Origin: Ignavibacteria bacterium
GTDB lineage: Bacteria; Elusimicrobiota; Endomicrobiia; PHAN01
NCBI GenBank assembly: GCA_041694835.1
Contig: JBGFRZ010000082.1
Location: 62,658-126,657, forward strand
Direction: 5' to 3'
Length of the DNA: 64,000 nt
The position numbers and the translations under genes are program-made. Position 1 is the first letter of the stretch. Each line of letters begins with the position of its first letter. Positions 18,636-28,490 of the stretch are shown piece by piece. Below the pieces are notes generated by a model. It saw nothing but the letters and a program-made list of their open reading frames with translations. It was not told the DNA's origin and searched no databases.

Positions 18636-19424
18636 CTATTTCAAAAAATCACAGATAGACCCAACTAAACCAGAAAAATTGCCAATACCGTCAAGATGGT
18701 CGTAATTATTCAAAACAAACAATCCCCCTCCAAGTTTAATATCATCAATAATCAGTTGCACTTCTGTCTGTTTTACTGTTTTTCTGGTTTTTCCACTTTC
18801 ATTATATTTATCAAAATCCCTATATCTTGCCCAATCAAGAGTAATAAAACCATATTTGATTTGTAAATTTTCTTTTGTAAAAATGACCGTATATTTATCT
18901 TTACCATATTTTGCATTTAATACATCTTGATCCATCAAAAATAAATGAGATAAAAATTGTCCGATTCTTTCTCTTGTTGTACCTTTTGCCGATAATATAA
19001 AAGCCTTTTTTATTTTTTCAAAATTATCTTTAACAACTACAATATCACTATCAAATTTCTTGATGTGACTTGTATTTTTTCTCACAAGACACAGAGAATT
19101 GGTAACATAAGAAATAATATCGTTATAAGTTTTGTGGTTTGTTGCCAAATAATTTAATTTATTTTCCTTGAAGTAAGCATTGAGTAAATATACTATACTT
19201 TCTTCTACCAATTTTCCAAGAACCGAATCTTTGCTTGATTTTTCTTGCCTTGCTTCGTCCTCTGTTTTCTTCTTATCAAATTGCGAAGCATATTTTTTAG
19301 CATATTTATTTGCATCTGAAAAAATGAAGTATTTATTCAAGTTTACCCCAACATTTAAACTACCTTTGTCTTTTATCACTTTGCCTAATTTTCCTTCTAA
19401 ATAACTTTTGTGAACTAAATCCAT
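18636..19424 (-). CDS. Putative type II restriction endonuclease (PD-(D/E)xK, BsaWI/Cfr10I-like)
   Basis: GKLVEE..FDSDIVV..LSAKGTTRER; directly downstream of an MTase; AT-rich. Confidence 0.65.
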   Translation of the reverse strand: MDLVHKSYLEGKLGKVIKDKGSLNVGVNLNKYFIFSDANKYAKKYASQFDKKKTEDEARQEKSSKDSVLGKLVEESIVYLLNAYFKENKLNYLATNHKTYNDIISYVTNSLCLVRKNTSHIKKFDSDIVVVKDNFEKIKKAFILSAKGTTRERIGQFLSHLFLMDQDVLNAKYGKDKYTVIFTKENLQIKYGFITLDWARYRDFDKYNESGKTRKTVKQTEVQLIIDDIKLGGGLFVLNNYDHLDGIGNFSGLVGSICDFLK

Positions 19425-19441
19425 AATAAACCCTCTTTCCT

Positions 19442-20314
19442 TTATAAAAGTTTAGGTTGTCTTGCAACAATCTTTATATTTTTTTCTGCTATTTCACAAT
19501 ATTCTCGGCAATTATCTATATAAATATATTTTCTTTCAGTTTTTACACTAACAACTGGAACTGTTCCAGTTCCCCCAAAAGGGTCTAAAACTATATTATC
19601 AATGTATGAATAAAATTTAACTAAACGATATATAAGTTTTTCTGGAAAGGGTGCCGGATGTCCTTTTGGTTGAGTTTGAGGTTTTATGTCCCAAAATGAA
19701 TTTGAAAATTCTATAAATTCCTCTTTTGTAATATCTATCTTTTTAGGTTCTCCCTCTAATTTTTTTTCTTCTTTACTAAACACTAATACGAATTCATACG
19801 GTTGAACAACATAAGGATTTGATGGAGATTTCCAAGAACCCCAAGCAGTTCTTTTCGAAATTGCTTGTTTATACCACAATATATCACCTCTCATAATATA
19901 GCCAATTTTTCTCATTTGATTAACGACATCTACAAAAAGTGGTTGATATTGTCCGTCAGCCGTCACACTTGGTACATTTATGCAAATTCTACCTCCTTTA
20001 ATTAAAACACGATAGCATTCAAACCAAACTTTTTCAAGCCAATCTAGATATTCCTTGTAAGGCATATTATCATAATGGTTCTTGTATGGTTTTCCTACAT
20101 TATATGGTGGGGATGTAATTATAAGATGAATAAAATTTTCCGGCATTAATTTCATAACTTCTACACAATCACCACAAATAACTTGATTTATAAACCTATT
20201 TTCCGATTGAACAAGAATTTCTTTTTGAGTAATTGTGTGATATGGTATTACCGTTTCTTCCAACAAATTATTCTTTGTTACTTTCTTTTTTTTATATTCC
20301 ATTGATTTATCCAA
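19442..20314 (-). CDS. Type II DNA methyltransferase (SPPY, probably N4-mC, beta class)
   Basis: ITSPPYN, TAWGSW, HPAPFP, LDPFGGTGT; alternative ATG at 20302. Confidence 0.9.
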   Translation of the reverse strand: MDKSMEYKKKKVTKNNLLEETVIPYHTITQKEILVQSENRFINQVICGDCVEVMKLMPENFIHLIITSPPYNVGKPYKNHYDNMPYKEYLDWLEKVWFECYRVLIKGGRICINVPSVTADGQYQPLFVDVVNQMRKIGYIMRGDILWYKQAISKRTAWGSWKSPSNPYVVQPYEFVLVFSKEEKKLEGEPKKIDITKEEFIEFSNSFWDIKPQTQPKGHPAPFPEKLIYRLVKFYSYIDNIVLDPFGGTGTVPVVSVKTERKYIYIDNCREYCEIAEKNIKIVARQPKLL

Positions 20315-20430
20315 AATCGATAAGTACTGTTCATCGGTTACTACTTATACTTACCATATTCTTTTAGTATTTCTTTTGCGGGAAACAATTTATAAAAGTT
20401 TGCTGCGACTTAAAGAATGTCGTTCACATC

Positions 20431-21567
20431 CTAAATGTTTGACATTATCTCATCGGTGTGTTCGCCAAGAAGAGGGGCGGGCTTAAAATGTTTGTCGTCG
20501 CATCCGTCTATTTTTATCGGGGTGCCGGCGACTTTGATTTTTCCTATTTTTTTCTGATTCAATTCTACTATCATGTTCCTGTGGATTATCTGCGGATGTT
20601 TACAAACGCGGGATATGTCGTTCACAGGCCCGCAGGGAACGCCATGTCTGTTGAGGTTGTTTAAAAGTTCCTTTATCGTGTGCGCTTTTGTATATCTCTC
20701 GATTATCGATTTCAGTTTTTTCTCGTTTTTCAAACGCTTTTCATTGTTTTCGAAGTGTTTGTTGTGTATCAAATCTTCGCGGCTTATCGCCAGGCAAAAC
20801 TCCATCCAGAGATCCTCGTTTCCGCAGGCTATCGCCAAAAATCCGTCTTTTGCCTTAAATATGTCGAACGGGCAGAGAGACGGATGAAGCGAGCCTATGC
20901 GCTCGGGAGTTTTATTAGTAGCGTTATATCTTACTATGGCATTTTCAAGAACCGCTACGATGGAATCGACCATTGATATGTCAATACGGCAGCCCAATCC
21001 TGTTTTTTCTCTTCCGTAAAGGGCTGTAGTTATGCCGTAAGCCGCAAACATGCCGGCAAGTACATCTGCCATTGAAGTTCCGACTCTCGTCGGAGGCGTG
21101 TCGGGATAACCTGTGATGCTCATTATTCCGCCGACAGCTTGGGCGATAACGTCGTATCCGGCGTATTGCGAAAGCGGCCCCGTCTGGCCGTATCCGGTTA
21201 TCGAAGCATAAATGAGTTTTGGATATTTTTTTTTGAGCGAGTCATAATCAAGACCTAATTTTTTCATTGTTCCCGGACGAAAGTTTTCAAGAAGAATGTC
21301 AGTATTTTTAAGCAATCGCTTAATAATTTTTATTGACTCTTTATTTTTTAAATCCAAAACAACGCTTTTTTTTCCGCGGTTTACGCTTATAAAATATCCG
21401 CTCTGTCCGTCGATAAACGGTCCGAAGAGTCTTGAATCGTCGCCGGTCTTCGCTCTTTCAATCTTTATGACCTCGGCCCCCATGTCGGCAAGCATCATAG
21501 AGCAATATGGGCCGGAAAGCACCCTTGTAAAATCAATGACTTTCACGCCTTTAAGCGGTTTTTTCAT
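20431..21567 (-). CDS. Family III CoA-transferase (CaiB/BaiF)
   Basis: LSGPYCSMMLADMGAEVIKIE, NRGKKS, ENFRPG, SMADVLAG, APLLGEHT. Confidence 0.92.
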   Translation of the reverse strand: MKKPLKGVKVIDFTRVLSGPYCSMMLADMGAEVIKIERAKTGDDSRLFGPFIDGQSGYFISVNRGKKSVVLDLKNKESIKIIKRLLKNTDILLENFRPGTMKKLGLDYDSLKKKYPKLIYASITGYGQTGPLSQYAGYDVIAQAVGGIMSITGYPDTPPTRVGTSMADVLAGMFAAYGITTALYGREKTGLGCRIDISMVDSIVAVLENAIVRYNATNKTPERIGSLHPSLCPFDIFKAKDGFLAIACGNEDLWMEFCLAISREDLIHNKHFENNEKRLKNEKKLKSIIERYTKAHTIKELLNNLNRHGVPCGPVNDISRVCKHPQIIHRNMIVELNQKKIGKIKVAGTPIKIDGCDDKHFKPAPLLGEHTDEIMSNI

Positions 21568-21648
21568 ATATCAACTCTTCGTCCAATGTAACCTGGGGCA
21601 CTGCACTATTTTTCTATCCCCTATTTTCTATCCCCTATTTTCTATCCT

Positions 21649-21945
21649 CTATTCTTTGACCTTAACAAGTATATCATTTTTTCCAACTTTATTGCCAACT
21701 TTCACGAAAATCTTCTCTATTTTCCCTTTAACTTCTGAAATTATCTCGTTTTCCATTTTCATCGCTTCCAGAATTATAATCGTTTCTCCCGACGATACGG
21801 CATCCGTTTCTTTTTTTTTGACTTCAATTATAACGCCGGGGATAGGCGAAGCGATAAGATAAGGATTATTGGCCTTTTCTGCACGGATTTTTTTGTCCGG
21901 AAATTCGGTAATATACTCTCCGTCTTCAAGAATCAGTTTGTCCAT
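21649..21945 (-). CDS. Biotin carboxyl carrier protein
   Basis: SPIPG..LEAMKMENEI; start MDKLILEDG (upstream ORF extension is heptamer repeat). Confidence 0.88.
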   Translation of the reverse strand: MDKLILEDGEYITEFPDKKIRAEKANNPYLIASPIPGVIIEVKKKETDAVSSGETIIILEAMKMENEIISEVKGKIEKIFVKVGNKVGKNDILVKVKE

Positions 21946-22057
21946 AATCAGAGACAAGAGAACAGAGGTGAGAGGACAGAGGTCAGGGAAAAACCTCTCA
22001 CCTCTCATCTCTCTCCTCTATTCGCTATTCGCTGTCCACTATTCTCTATTCCCCAAT

Positions 22058-23593
22058 TTACAGCGGAATGTTGCCGTGTTTTCTGTCGGGTTTTTTTGAA
22101 CGTTTGTTTTTCATAACGGAAAGCGCTGAAACAATTTTAAGACGCGTTTCTTCGGGCAGAATAACATCGTCGATATAGCCGAACGACGCCGCAATGTAAG
22201 GCGAAGCGAATTTTTCGGTGTATTCTTTCATCTTGTCCTGTCTTGTTTTTTCGGGTTGGGACGAGGACTCTATCTCTTTCTTGAAAATTATGTTTGCCGC
22301 GCCAAGCGGACCCATAACAGCTATCTCGGCCGAAGGCCATGCGAACACAAAGTCGGCCCCGAGATGGCGGCTGCACATCGCTATGTATCCACCACCGTAG
22401 GCCTTCCTCAATATCACGGTAAGTTTCGGAACGGTCGCCTCAGAATATGCATAAAGCATCTTCGCTCCGTGCCTGATGACGCCCGAATGCTCCTGCTCAA
22501 TGCCGGGGAGATATCCCGGGATATCGGCGAAAGTTACGATAGGTATGTTAAATGAATCGCAAAATCTTATGAATCTTGCAGCCTTGTTGGAAGAATCTAC
22601 GTCAAGAACGCCGGCGAGAAACTTGGGCTGATTGGCGATTATACCGACGGATTCCCCGTCGAGATGTGCAAAACCTACGACTATATTTTTCGCGTGCATC
22701 GCCTGGACTTCAAAAAAATCTCCGTCATCGAAAACGGCTTTTATGACGTCCCTGACATCATACGGTTTTTTGGGGTCGGAGGGAACAATCGAATTTAAGT
22801 CGGCAGAAGGTGGGGGGCGCCGCTCGGCGAGGGGTGGTTTTTGTGCGTTATTATCTGGCAAGTAAGAAAGCAAAGTTTTAATCTGTTCAATACACTCCTT
22901 TTCACTTTCGGCATAAAAATGCGCATTGCCGGTTATTTCGTTATGAACCCTTGCGCCGCCGAGATCTTCCATACTTATTTCCTCTCCAAGAACGGTCTTT
23001 ATAACCTCCGGGCCGGTGATAAACATCTTCGATATTTTGTCAACCGTAAAAACAAAGTCAGTCAGAGCGGGGGAGTAAACCGCTCCTCCGGCACAAGGCC
23101 CGAGTATGACCGAAATCTGCGGGATTACCCCGGAAGAAAGGGTGTTTCTGTAAAATATTTCTCCGTAACCGGCGAGAGCGTTGATGCCTTCCTGTATCCT
23201 CGCTCCACCTGAGTCGTTTATGCCTACTAGCGGGATACCTGAACTTAACGCGAAATCCATTATTTTAGTAATCTTCCTGGCGTGCATCTCTCCCAGAGAA
23301 CCTCCGGCGGACGTGAAGTCTTGAGAAAATACAGCGAGACACCTCTCGTTAACTTTTCCATGACCAACAATTACGCCATCGGCCGGAATTTCTTTTTTGT
23401 CAAGTCCGAAATTGGATGAGCGGTGTTTAACGAAAGGGTCTATCTCGACGAAGCTTCCCTTGTCAAACAGCAAATCAAGCCTTTCCCTTGCTGTAAGCTT
23501 GCCGGAGTCGTGCTGTTTTTTAACAGCGACGCTGCCGCCGAGAGAAATTAGATTCCCGCGACTTTTGCCGAGTTCTTCGTTTTTATCCGTCAT
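22058..23593 (-). CDS. Acyl-CoA carboxyltransferase (PccB / methylmalonyl-CoA decarboxylase alpha family)
   Basis: GKLTARER, DSGGARIQEG, GPCAGGAVYSPA, RKAYGG, KHGNIPL. Confidence 0.93.
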   Translation of the reverse strand: MTDKNEELGKSRGNLISLGGSVAVKKQHDSGKLTARERLDLLFDKGSFVEIDPFVKHRSSNFGLDKKEIPADGVIVGHGKVNERCLAVFSQDFTSAGGSLGEMHARKITKIMDFALSSGIPLVGINDSGGARIQEGINALAGYGEIFYRNTLSSGVIPQISVILGPCAGGAVYSPALTDFVFTVDKISKMFITGPEVIKTVLGEEISMEDLGGARVHNEITGNAHFYAESEKECIEQIKTLLSYLPDNNAQKPPLAERRPPPSADLNSIVPSDPKKPYDVRDVIKAVFDDGDFFEVQAMHAKNIVVGFAHLDGESVGIIANQPKFLAGVLDVDSSNKAARFIRFCDSFNIPIVTFADIPGYLPGIEQEHSGVIRHGAKMLYAYSEATVPKLTVILRKAYGGGYIAMCSRHLGADFVFAWPSAEIAVMGPLGAANIIFKKEIESSSQPEKTRQDKMKEYTEKFASPYIAASFGYIDDVILPEETRLKIVSALSVMKNKRSKKPDRKHGNIPL

Positions 23594-23596
23594 AAT

Positions 23597-24805
23597 TCAC
23601 TTCCTCTCAGAGATATTTTTTATAGACCTCAAAGCGGACGGCGGATGCCTGTAGATTTTGCCATTCTCAGAAGCGCTCCAAAAATGCTTTCCATCGCTCC
23701 CGAAGGCGATGAGCCTGTAATCCTTTTTTTCGTATTCGGGAAAAACATAGATTTTTTCGAGAATTAAATCTTCGGGAGACATCTTGAAAATCCTGTTGGT
23801 CTTTGAATCCGCCAAATAAAAATGCTTCTTGTATTTTGTGAAACCACATGGATTTTCAACAGGTATATCGTATGAAGTTATCACAACAAGAAGATTATCT
23901 ATCTTTTGTTTGTATATTTTTTTCGTATGAATGTCGTATGACCATATGATATCGCCGTCCAGATAAACACCCGTGGGCGAAGGGCCGGGGGATTTATGCT
24001 CCTTTTTAAATGTTACTTGCGGCAAGGTCTTTTTCTCTCGGGACTTGAGAAAATGAAAGAAGAATCCCTGAAGAGAATCCGCTATCCAAAAATTTTCCGC
24101 ATCGACGGCTACGGCCGTCGGCTGGGCTTTATCCTGATTGAGCGCGTCTATCAGCTTAAAATTATTTTTATCATAAACATATATGCCATAATCCATCCAG
24201 TCGGAGACATAAACGGCATCGGAATTTATACAGATGTAAGATATATTTTTCGACCGGAAATCGAACGATGCGCCGCTATCGCGAAAGAGTCTCGACTTTA
24301 TGAGGAAAACCAACGATGAGAGAACGGCAAGAGTAAAAAAAATGAGAATGTAAGAGTAGCGGGAAGTTTTCCCAATTGACGGGGCTTTTGCTTTTTTGGC
24401 TTCCTTTTTAACCTGTTGCATGTTTTCCGTCGTGGGTATGGTTTTTTCAACGGCTTTTCTCAATTCTTCCATTCTGAAAGGTTTTGAAATTTTGGATGAG
24501 GCGCCCGATTTCATCGCGCTCTCAAGCAAAGTTTCGTCGCTGCCTATGCCTTCCATCACGACCACATTCGAGTTCGGACTCGCTTTTTTAAGATCCGCGA
24601 CAGCTCCCCGAACCGCATTGACTTCGGATATTTCAGGGAGTTGTATGTCGATGAAAATAATCTCCGGTTTCTCCTTTTGAGCGAGTTCCACGGAAGATTT
24701 CATCTCTTCTGATTCAATAAACTCCGTCTCGCATAAAGAAGAAAGGGAGTTCATCAGAACTTGTCTCATTGTTTTATCGTCGTCGATAATCAAAATTTTT
24801 GTCAT
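23597..24805 (-). CDS. Receiver domain - TM - extracytoplasmic beta-propeller protein
   Basis: ILIIDDD..IFIDIQLP..KPF; TM helix; repeats such as SPGPSPTGVYLDGDIIWSYD; ATGA overlap with the upstream gene. Confidence 0.75.
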   Translation of the reverse strand: MTKILIIDDDKTMRQVLMNSLSSLCETEFIESEEMKSSVELAQKEKPEIIFIDIQLPEISEVNAVRGAVADLKKASPNSNVVVMEGIGSDETLLESAMKSGASSKISKPFRMEELRKAVEKTIPTTENMQQVKKEAKKAKAPSIGKTSRYSYILIFFTLAVLSSLVFLIKSRLFRDSGASFDFRSKNISYICINSDAVYVSDWMDYGIYVYDKNNFKLIDALNQDKAQPTAVAVDAENFWIADSLQGFFFHFLKSREKKTLPQVTFKKEHKSPGPSPTGVYLDGDIIWSYDIHTKKIYKQKIDNLLVVITSYDIPVENPCGFTKYKKHFYLADSKTNRIFKMSPEDLILEKIYVFPEYEKKDYRLIAFGSDGKHFWSASENGKIYRHPPSALRSIKNISERK

Positions 24806-25644
24806 ATAGTGACTTCTCCGCGCCGCAAGCTGTGGCACTGTATGCTTATCGCACACGGGAGCGAAGCGATGTGTACCGGGAGCGCGGTTATATAAACCGC
24901 CAAAGCCGTCGTTTTGCCGCCGGTGCCCATCGGCCCGATGCCGGTCAGATTTATCAGATGCAGGAGTCTTTTTTCTTTTAAATCGTAAAATTTATCTGGA
25001 TTTTTCGCTCCTATATTTCTAAAAAGCGCCTTTTTTGCAGCGGCCGGGGCTGATGAAAAATTTCCACCCACCGCCACGCTGACAACCACCGGTGGACACG
25101 AATAGAGAGCTTTTTGATATACGTTTTCGAGTATATATCCCTCCAAAGAATCCCAAGAGACGTTGGGGGTAAAGAAATTGATTGAACTTGAATTTTCTGA
25201 GCCGGCGCCTTTTAGAAGAACTTTCAATTTTATATTATCGCCTTCGCTCGTTTCGACATAAACCGAGGCAGGGGTGTTGTCTTTTGTATTTTCTCTTTTG
25301 AATGGATCCCTTACGATTGATTTTCTGAATTTTTCATTCAGGTAGGCCGCAGAAACGCCTTCGTTAACAGCATCTTCCAGTCGTCCGCCAATTATCTTTA
25401 CAGAGCGTCCGAGTCTGGCAAAAACCTCGACGGCGCCTGTGTCCTGACAAAGCGGGCTCTCGTTTTTTTCGGCGATCCGGAGATTCTCCATTATCTGAAA
25501 CAGGGTATTTCTTGCCAGAAGGTTTTTCTCCCTCTTTCTCGCTTTTTTAAGGGCGGCGGAAACGTCTCCAGGAAGGACATAATTTATTTTTATACAAAGT
25601 TTTTTTACGGCATCTGCGATTTTTTTATATTCTATTTTGCTCAT
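24802..25644 (-). CDS. Fe-S hydro-lyase, fumarate hydratase/tartrate dehydratase alpha subunit
   Basis: PLCQDTG, KGAGSEN, CPP, TGIGPMGTGG, HIASLP..QCH. Confidence 0.9.
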   Translation of the reverse strand: MSKIEYKKIADAVKKLCIKINYVLPGDVSAALKKARKREKNLLARNTLFQIMENLRIAEKNESPLCQDTGAVEVFARLGRSVKIIGGRLEDAVNEGVSAAYLNEKFRKSIVRDPFKRENTKDNTPASVYVETSEGDNIKLKVLLKGAGSENSSSINFFTPNVSWDSLEGYILENVYQKALYSCPPVVVSVAVGGNFSSAPAAAKKALFRNIGAKNPDKFYDLKEKRLLHLINLTGIGPMGTGGKTTALAVYITALPVHIASLPCAISIQCHSLRRGEVTI

Positions 25645-25668
25645 CGGAGGAGGGTTTGACGCTTTGTA

Positions 25669-26733
25669 CTATTGTCCGGCGATTTCAGATATGTAGACAT
25701 CCACTATTTTAGGATCGAATCTGATTTCTTTTCCCATGGCAAGCATTTTGTTAACCGTAGCATCATCCATTCCGTTTGCCTTCATCTCGTCTATAGTTTC
25801 CGCCACATATAAAATTCTTGATGCAAGCGGTATCTGTTCACCCGAAAGTCCGTCCGGGAATCCCGTCCCGTCGTAATTTTCGTGATGATGCTTTATTATG
25901 ACAGCGGCCCCCTTCAAAAGATTTATGGGTTCAAGCATGCTGGCCCCGATAGACGGATGCTTCGTGTCGATGTCGATATCGGAGCCGGATGTGATAAATA
26001 TTCCTTCGGTTATCACTTTGTTTCCTTTTACAAAAAGTCTCCCTATGTCGTGAAGCATTGCACCGTAATAAAGGTCTTTGTATTCTTTGCCTGTAAGCCC
26101 CATGTGTCTGCCTATCATGGTAGTCAGCTGCGTGACTCTGGTGTGATGACCAAGGAGTTTGTTGTCCTGCGCCTCTATGGCAGCCACAAGAACTTCGAGC
26201 ATGTTTACAAAAAAGTTTCTCTGGTCTTCAGATAACTTTGCGTTGTGGATGCTTACAGCCGCAAGATCGGCCAAGGTCGCCAGAATCTCCTGGTCATCCA
26301 GGGTGTATTGTCCTTCTTTCTTATTAAGAACCTCGACGATGCCGATGAGTTCGTTTTCTATGAGCATCGGGACGCAGAGAATCATCCTCGTCATAAATCC
26401 GCTAGATTTATCAAGCACGCCCGTAAACCTCGGGTCCATCGATACATCGTTTACAATCGTTGGTTTTTTGTTTTCTGCAACCCACCCCGCTATTCCATGA
26501 CCAACCGGAACTTTCATTCTCTGGATGATGCCGCCTTTCGTTCCACTGGCCACCTTAAACGAAAGATTTTTTTTATCTTCGTCAAGAAGCATTATGGAAG
26601 ACGCCTCCGAACTGAGATGCTCTTCGGCAAGTGCGCTTATCTTTTTGAGCAGTATATCAACATCAAGCGTCGTGGCTATGTTTTTGGCTATCAAAAAAAT
26701 ACTCTTAAAAATCTCTCTGGTTTTTGGATCCAT
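25669..26733 (-). CDS. GAF + HD-GYP domain protein (partly degenerate)
   Basis: GAF GIAGWV..NKKEG; LHDIG, HHENYDGTGFPDGL; AETIDEM in place of ADxFDAM. Confidence 0.85.
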   Translation of the reverse strand: MDPKTREIFKSIFLIAKNIATTLDVDILLKKISALAEEHLSSEASSIMLLDEDKKNLSFKVASGTKGGIIQRMKVPVGHGIAGWVAENKKPTIVNDVSMDPRFTGVLDKSSGFMTRMILCVPMLIENELIGIVEVLNKKEGQYTLDDQEILATLADLAAVSIHNAKLSEDQRNFFVNMLEVLVAAIEAQDNKLLGHHTRVTQLTTMIGRHMGLTGKEYKDLYYGAMLHDIGRLFVKGNKVITEGIFITSGSDIDIDTKHPSIGASMLEPINLLKGAAVIIKHHHENYDGTGFPDGLSGEQIPLASRILYVAETIDEMKANGMDDATVNKMLAMGKEIRFDPKIVDVYISEIAGQ

Positions 26734-26741
26734 GCATTCCT

Positions 26742-28457
26742 CTATTGTGCCGAAGACAGAAGCTCTTCGACTGTGCTTAAACCCTGGGCTACCTTAATGA
26801 GACCGTCAGCAAAAAGCAACCTCATTCCTCTTTTTACAGCCAAATCCCTTATCGGCCCTGCTGCTATTTCCGTAAGTAAAAGCCTCCTTATCTCCTCATC
26901 CATAATGAGCAATTCGTGTATGCCCAACCGCCCCTTATAGCCGGAGCCCCTGCAGGTTTTGCATCCGACCGCTTGATAAAACTTTGTGCCTTTCATGTCT
27001 ATCCCATATTTTTTATATAACTCTATATACTTATCCTCCAAAGGAGCCGGCTGCTTGCATTCGCCGCAAAGTCGTCTTATCAAACGTTGAGCCAAAACCC
27101 CTTCTATGGACGAAGCTATCAAAAAAGATGGAATGCCCATCTCATGAAGCCTCGCTACGGCGGAAGGGGCATCGTTCGTGTGAATAGTCGAAAAAACAAG
27201 ATGGCCCGTCATGGCGGCCTCCATGCCGATCTGCGCCGTCTCCTTGTCTCTTATTTCTCCGACCATTATTATGTCCGGGTCCTGTCTCAAAAATGCCCTC
27301 AGGGCAGCGGCGAAATCAAATCCTATTTCCTGAATCACGTTCACCTGCATTATTCCGGCAAGATTGTACTCAACTGGATTTTCCGCCGTGAGTATTTTTA
27401 CATCAGGGGTGTTAATGGAGTTCAAAGCGGCATAAAGCGTCGTAGATTTTCCGGAGCCCGTTGGACCACAAACGAGTATAAGTCCGTACGGTTTTTCAAG
27501 CAAGGTCTGAAATTTACCAAATGTATCGGGAAGAAAACCGAGTTTTTGAAGATCGACCTGCACGGAAGCCCTATCCAAAACCCTCATTACGCAAGATTCG
27601 CCGAAAGCCGTAGGGATTATATTTACCCTAAACTCTATTGGATTCCCCTTGGCGATGACCTGTATCCTTCCGTCCTGTGGTCTCCTGCGCTCGGTTATAT
27701 CCATCTGGTTAGTCATGATTTTCAACTTGGCTATGAGGGCGTTTTTGAACGCCGGCGGCACGGGATGTCGCCATTCGTTGAGGACGCCGTCAACCCTGAA
27801 TCTTACGATGAATTTTTTCTCGAGCGGCTCCATGTGTATATCAGATGCCTTCATTGAAATAGCGTCGAGTATGATGGCGTTTACAAGTTTCTCAACCTCG
27901 GGGGCGCTTGCGTCAAGCTCCGTGATATCGGTCGGTTCTTGTGGCGCAGCCGCGGCGAGTTCGATGCCTTCCGTGTCTCTCTTTTCAATATCGCTTAGAA
28001 GTTTATCTACCACTTCCGTTCCACCTATCCCGTAAGCCTTGTCGAGACATTTTGTTATATCGTCGGACATAGCCAAAAAAGGCTGAACGTTTATATTCGT
28101 TCTAAGATGTATGTCCTCGACGGCAAAAATGTCTTTTGGGTCGGCCATAGCGACGTAGAGGTAGTCCTCTTCTTTCGCGAAAGGAACCGTTCTGTGACGG
28201 CGGGCAAGCGCTTCCGGGATGATTTTTACTATCTCCGGATCTATCTCGATGGCATCCAGATCCATCGACTTTACACCCCACTCCACCGAAAGAAGTTTCA
28301 GCAAAGCGAGTCTGTCAATTAATCCGAGTTTTATTATTGTTTGTTCAAGCGGCTGGTTCGTCCTTCTTGTCTCCGAAAGGGCGTGGTTAAACTGCTCATC
28401 AGATATGAGTTTTTTTTCGGTCAGAATTTCTTTTACCGTTTTTCTTCTGCCGGCCAT
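26742..28457 (-). CDS. GspE/PilB-family secretion/pilus assembly ATPase
   Basis: MshEN-like N-terminus, RFRVDG, PQDGR, GPTGSGKSTT, LRQDPD, AMTGHLVFSTIH, tetracysteine Zn motif. Confidence 0.92.
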   Translation of the reverse strand: MAGRRKTVKEILTEKKLISDEQFNHALSETRRTNQPLEQTIIKLGLIDRLALLKLLSVEWGVKSMDLDAIEIDPEIVKIIPEALARRHRTVPFAKEEDYLYVAMADPKDIFAVEDIHLRTNINVQPFLAMSDDITKCLDKAYGIGGTEVVDKLLSDIEKRDTEGIELAAAAPQEPTDITELDASAPEVEKLVNAIILDAISMKASDIHMEPLEKKFIVRFRVDGVLNEWRHPVPPAFKNALIAKLKIMTNQMDITERRRPQDGRIQVIAKGNPIEFRVNIIPTAFGESCVMRVLDRASVQVDLQKLGFLPDTFGKFQTLLEKPYGLILVCGPTGSGKSTTLYAALNSINTPDVKILTAENPVEYNLAGIMQVNVIQEIGFDFAAALRAFLRQDPDIIMVGEIRDKETAQIGMEAAMTGHLVFSTIHTNDAPSAVARLHEMGIPSFLIASSIEGVLAQRLIRRLCGECKQPAPLEDKYIELYKKYGIDMKGTKFYQAVGCKTCRGSGYKGRLGIHELLIMDEEIRRLLLTEIAAGPIRDLAVKRGMRLLFADGLIKVAQGLSTVEELLSSAQ

Positions 28458-28490
28458 AGTTGTTTATTAAACAAAATAATTAAAATAAAG

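Noticed and set aside
21946-22008. N-terminal extension of BCCP in the ORF track
   Set aside because: Translation of heptamer repeats; the same applies to the panC extension at 8426-8482.
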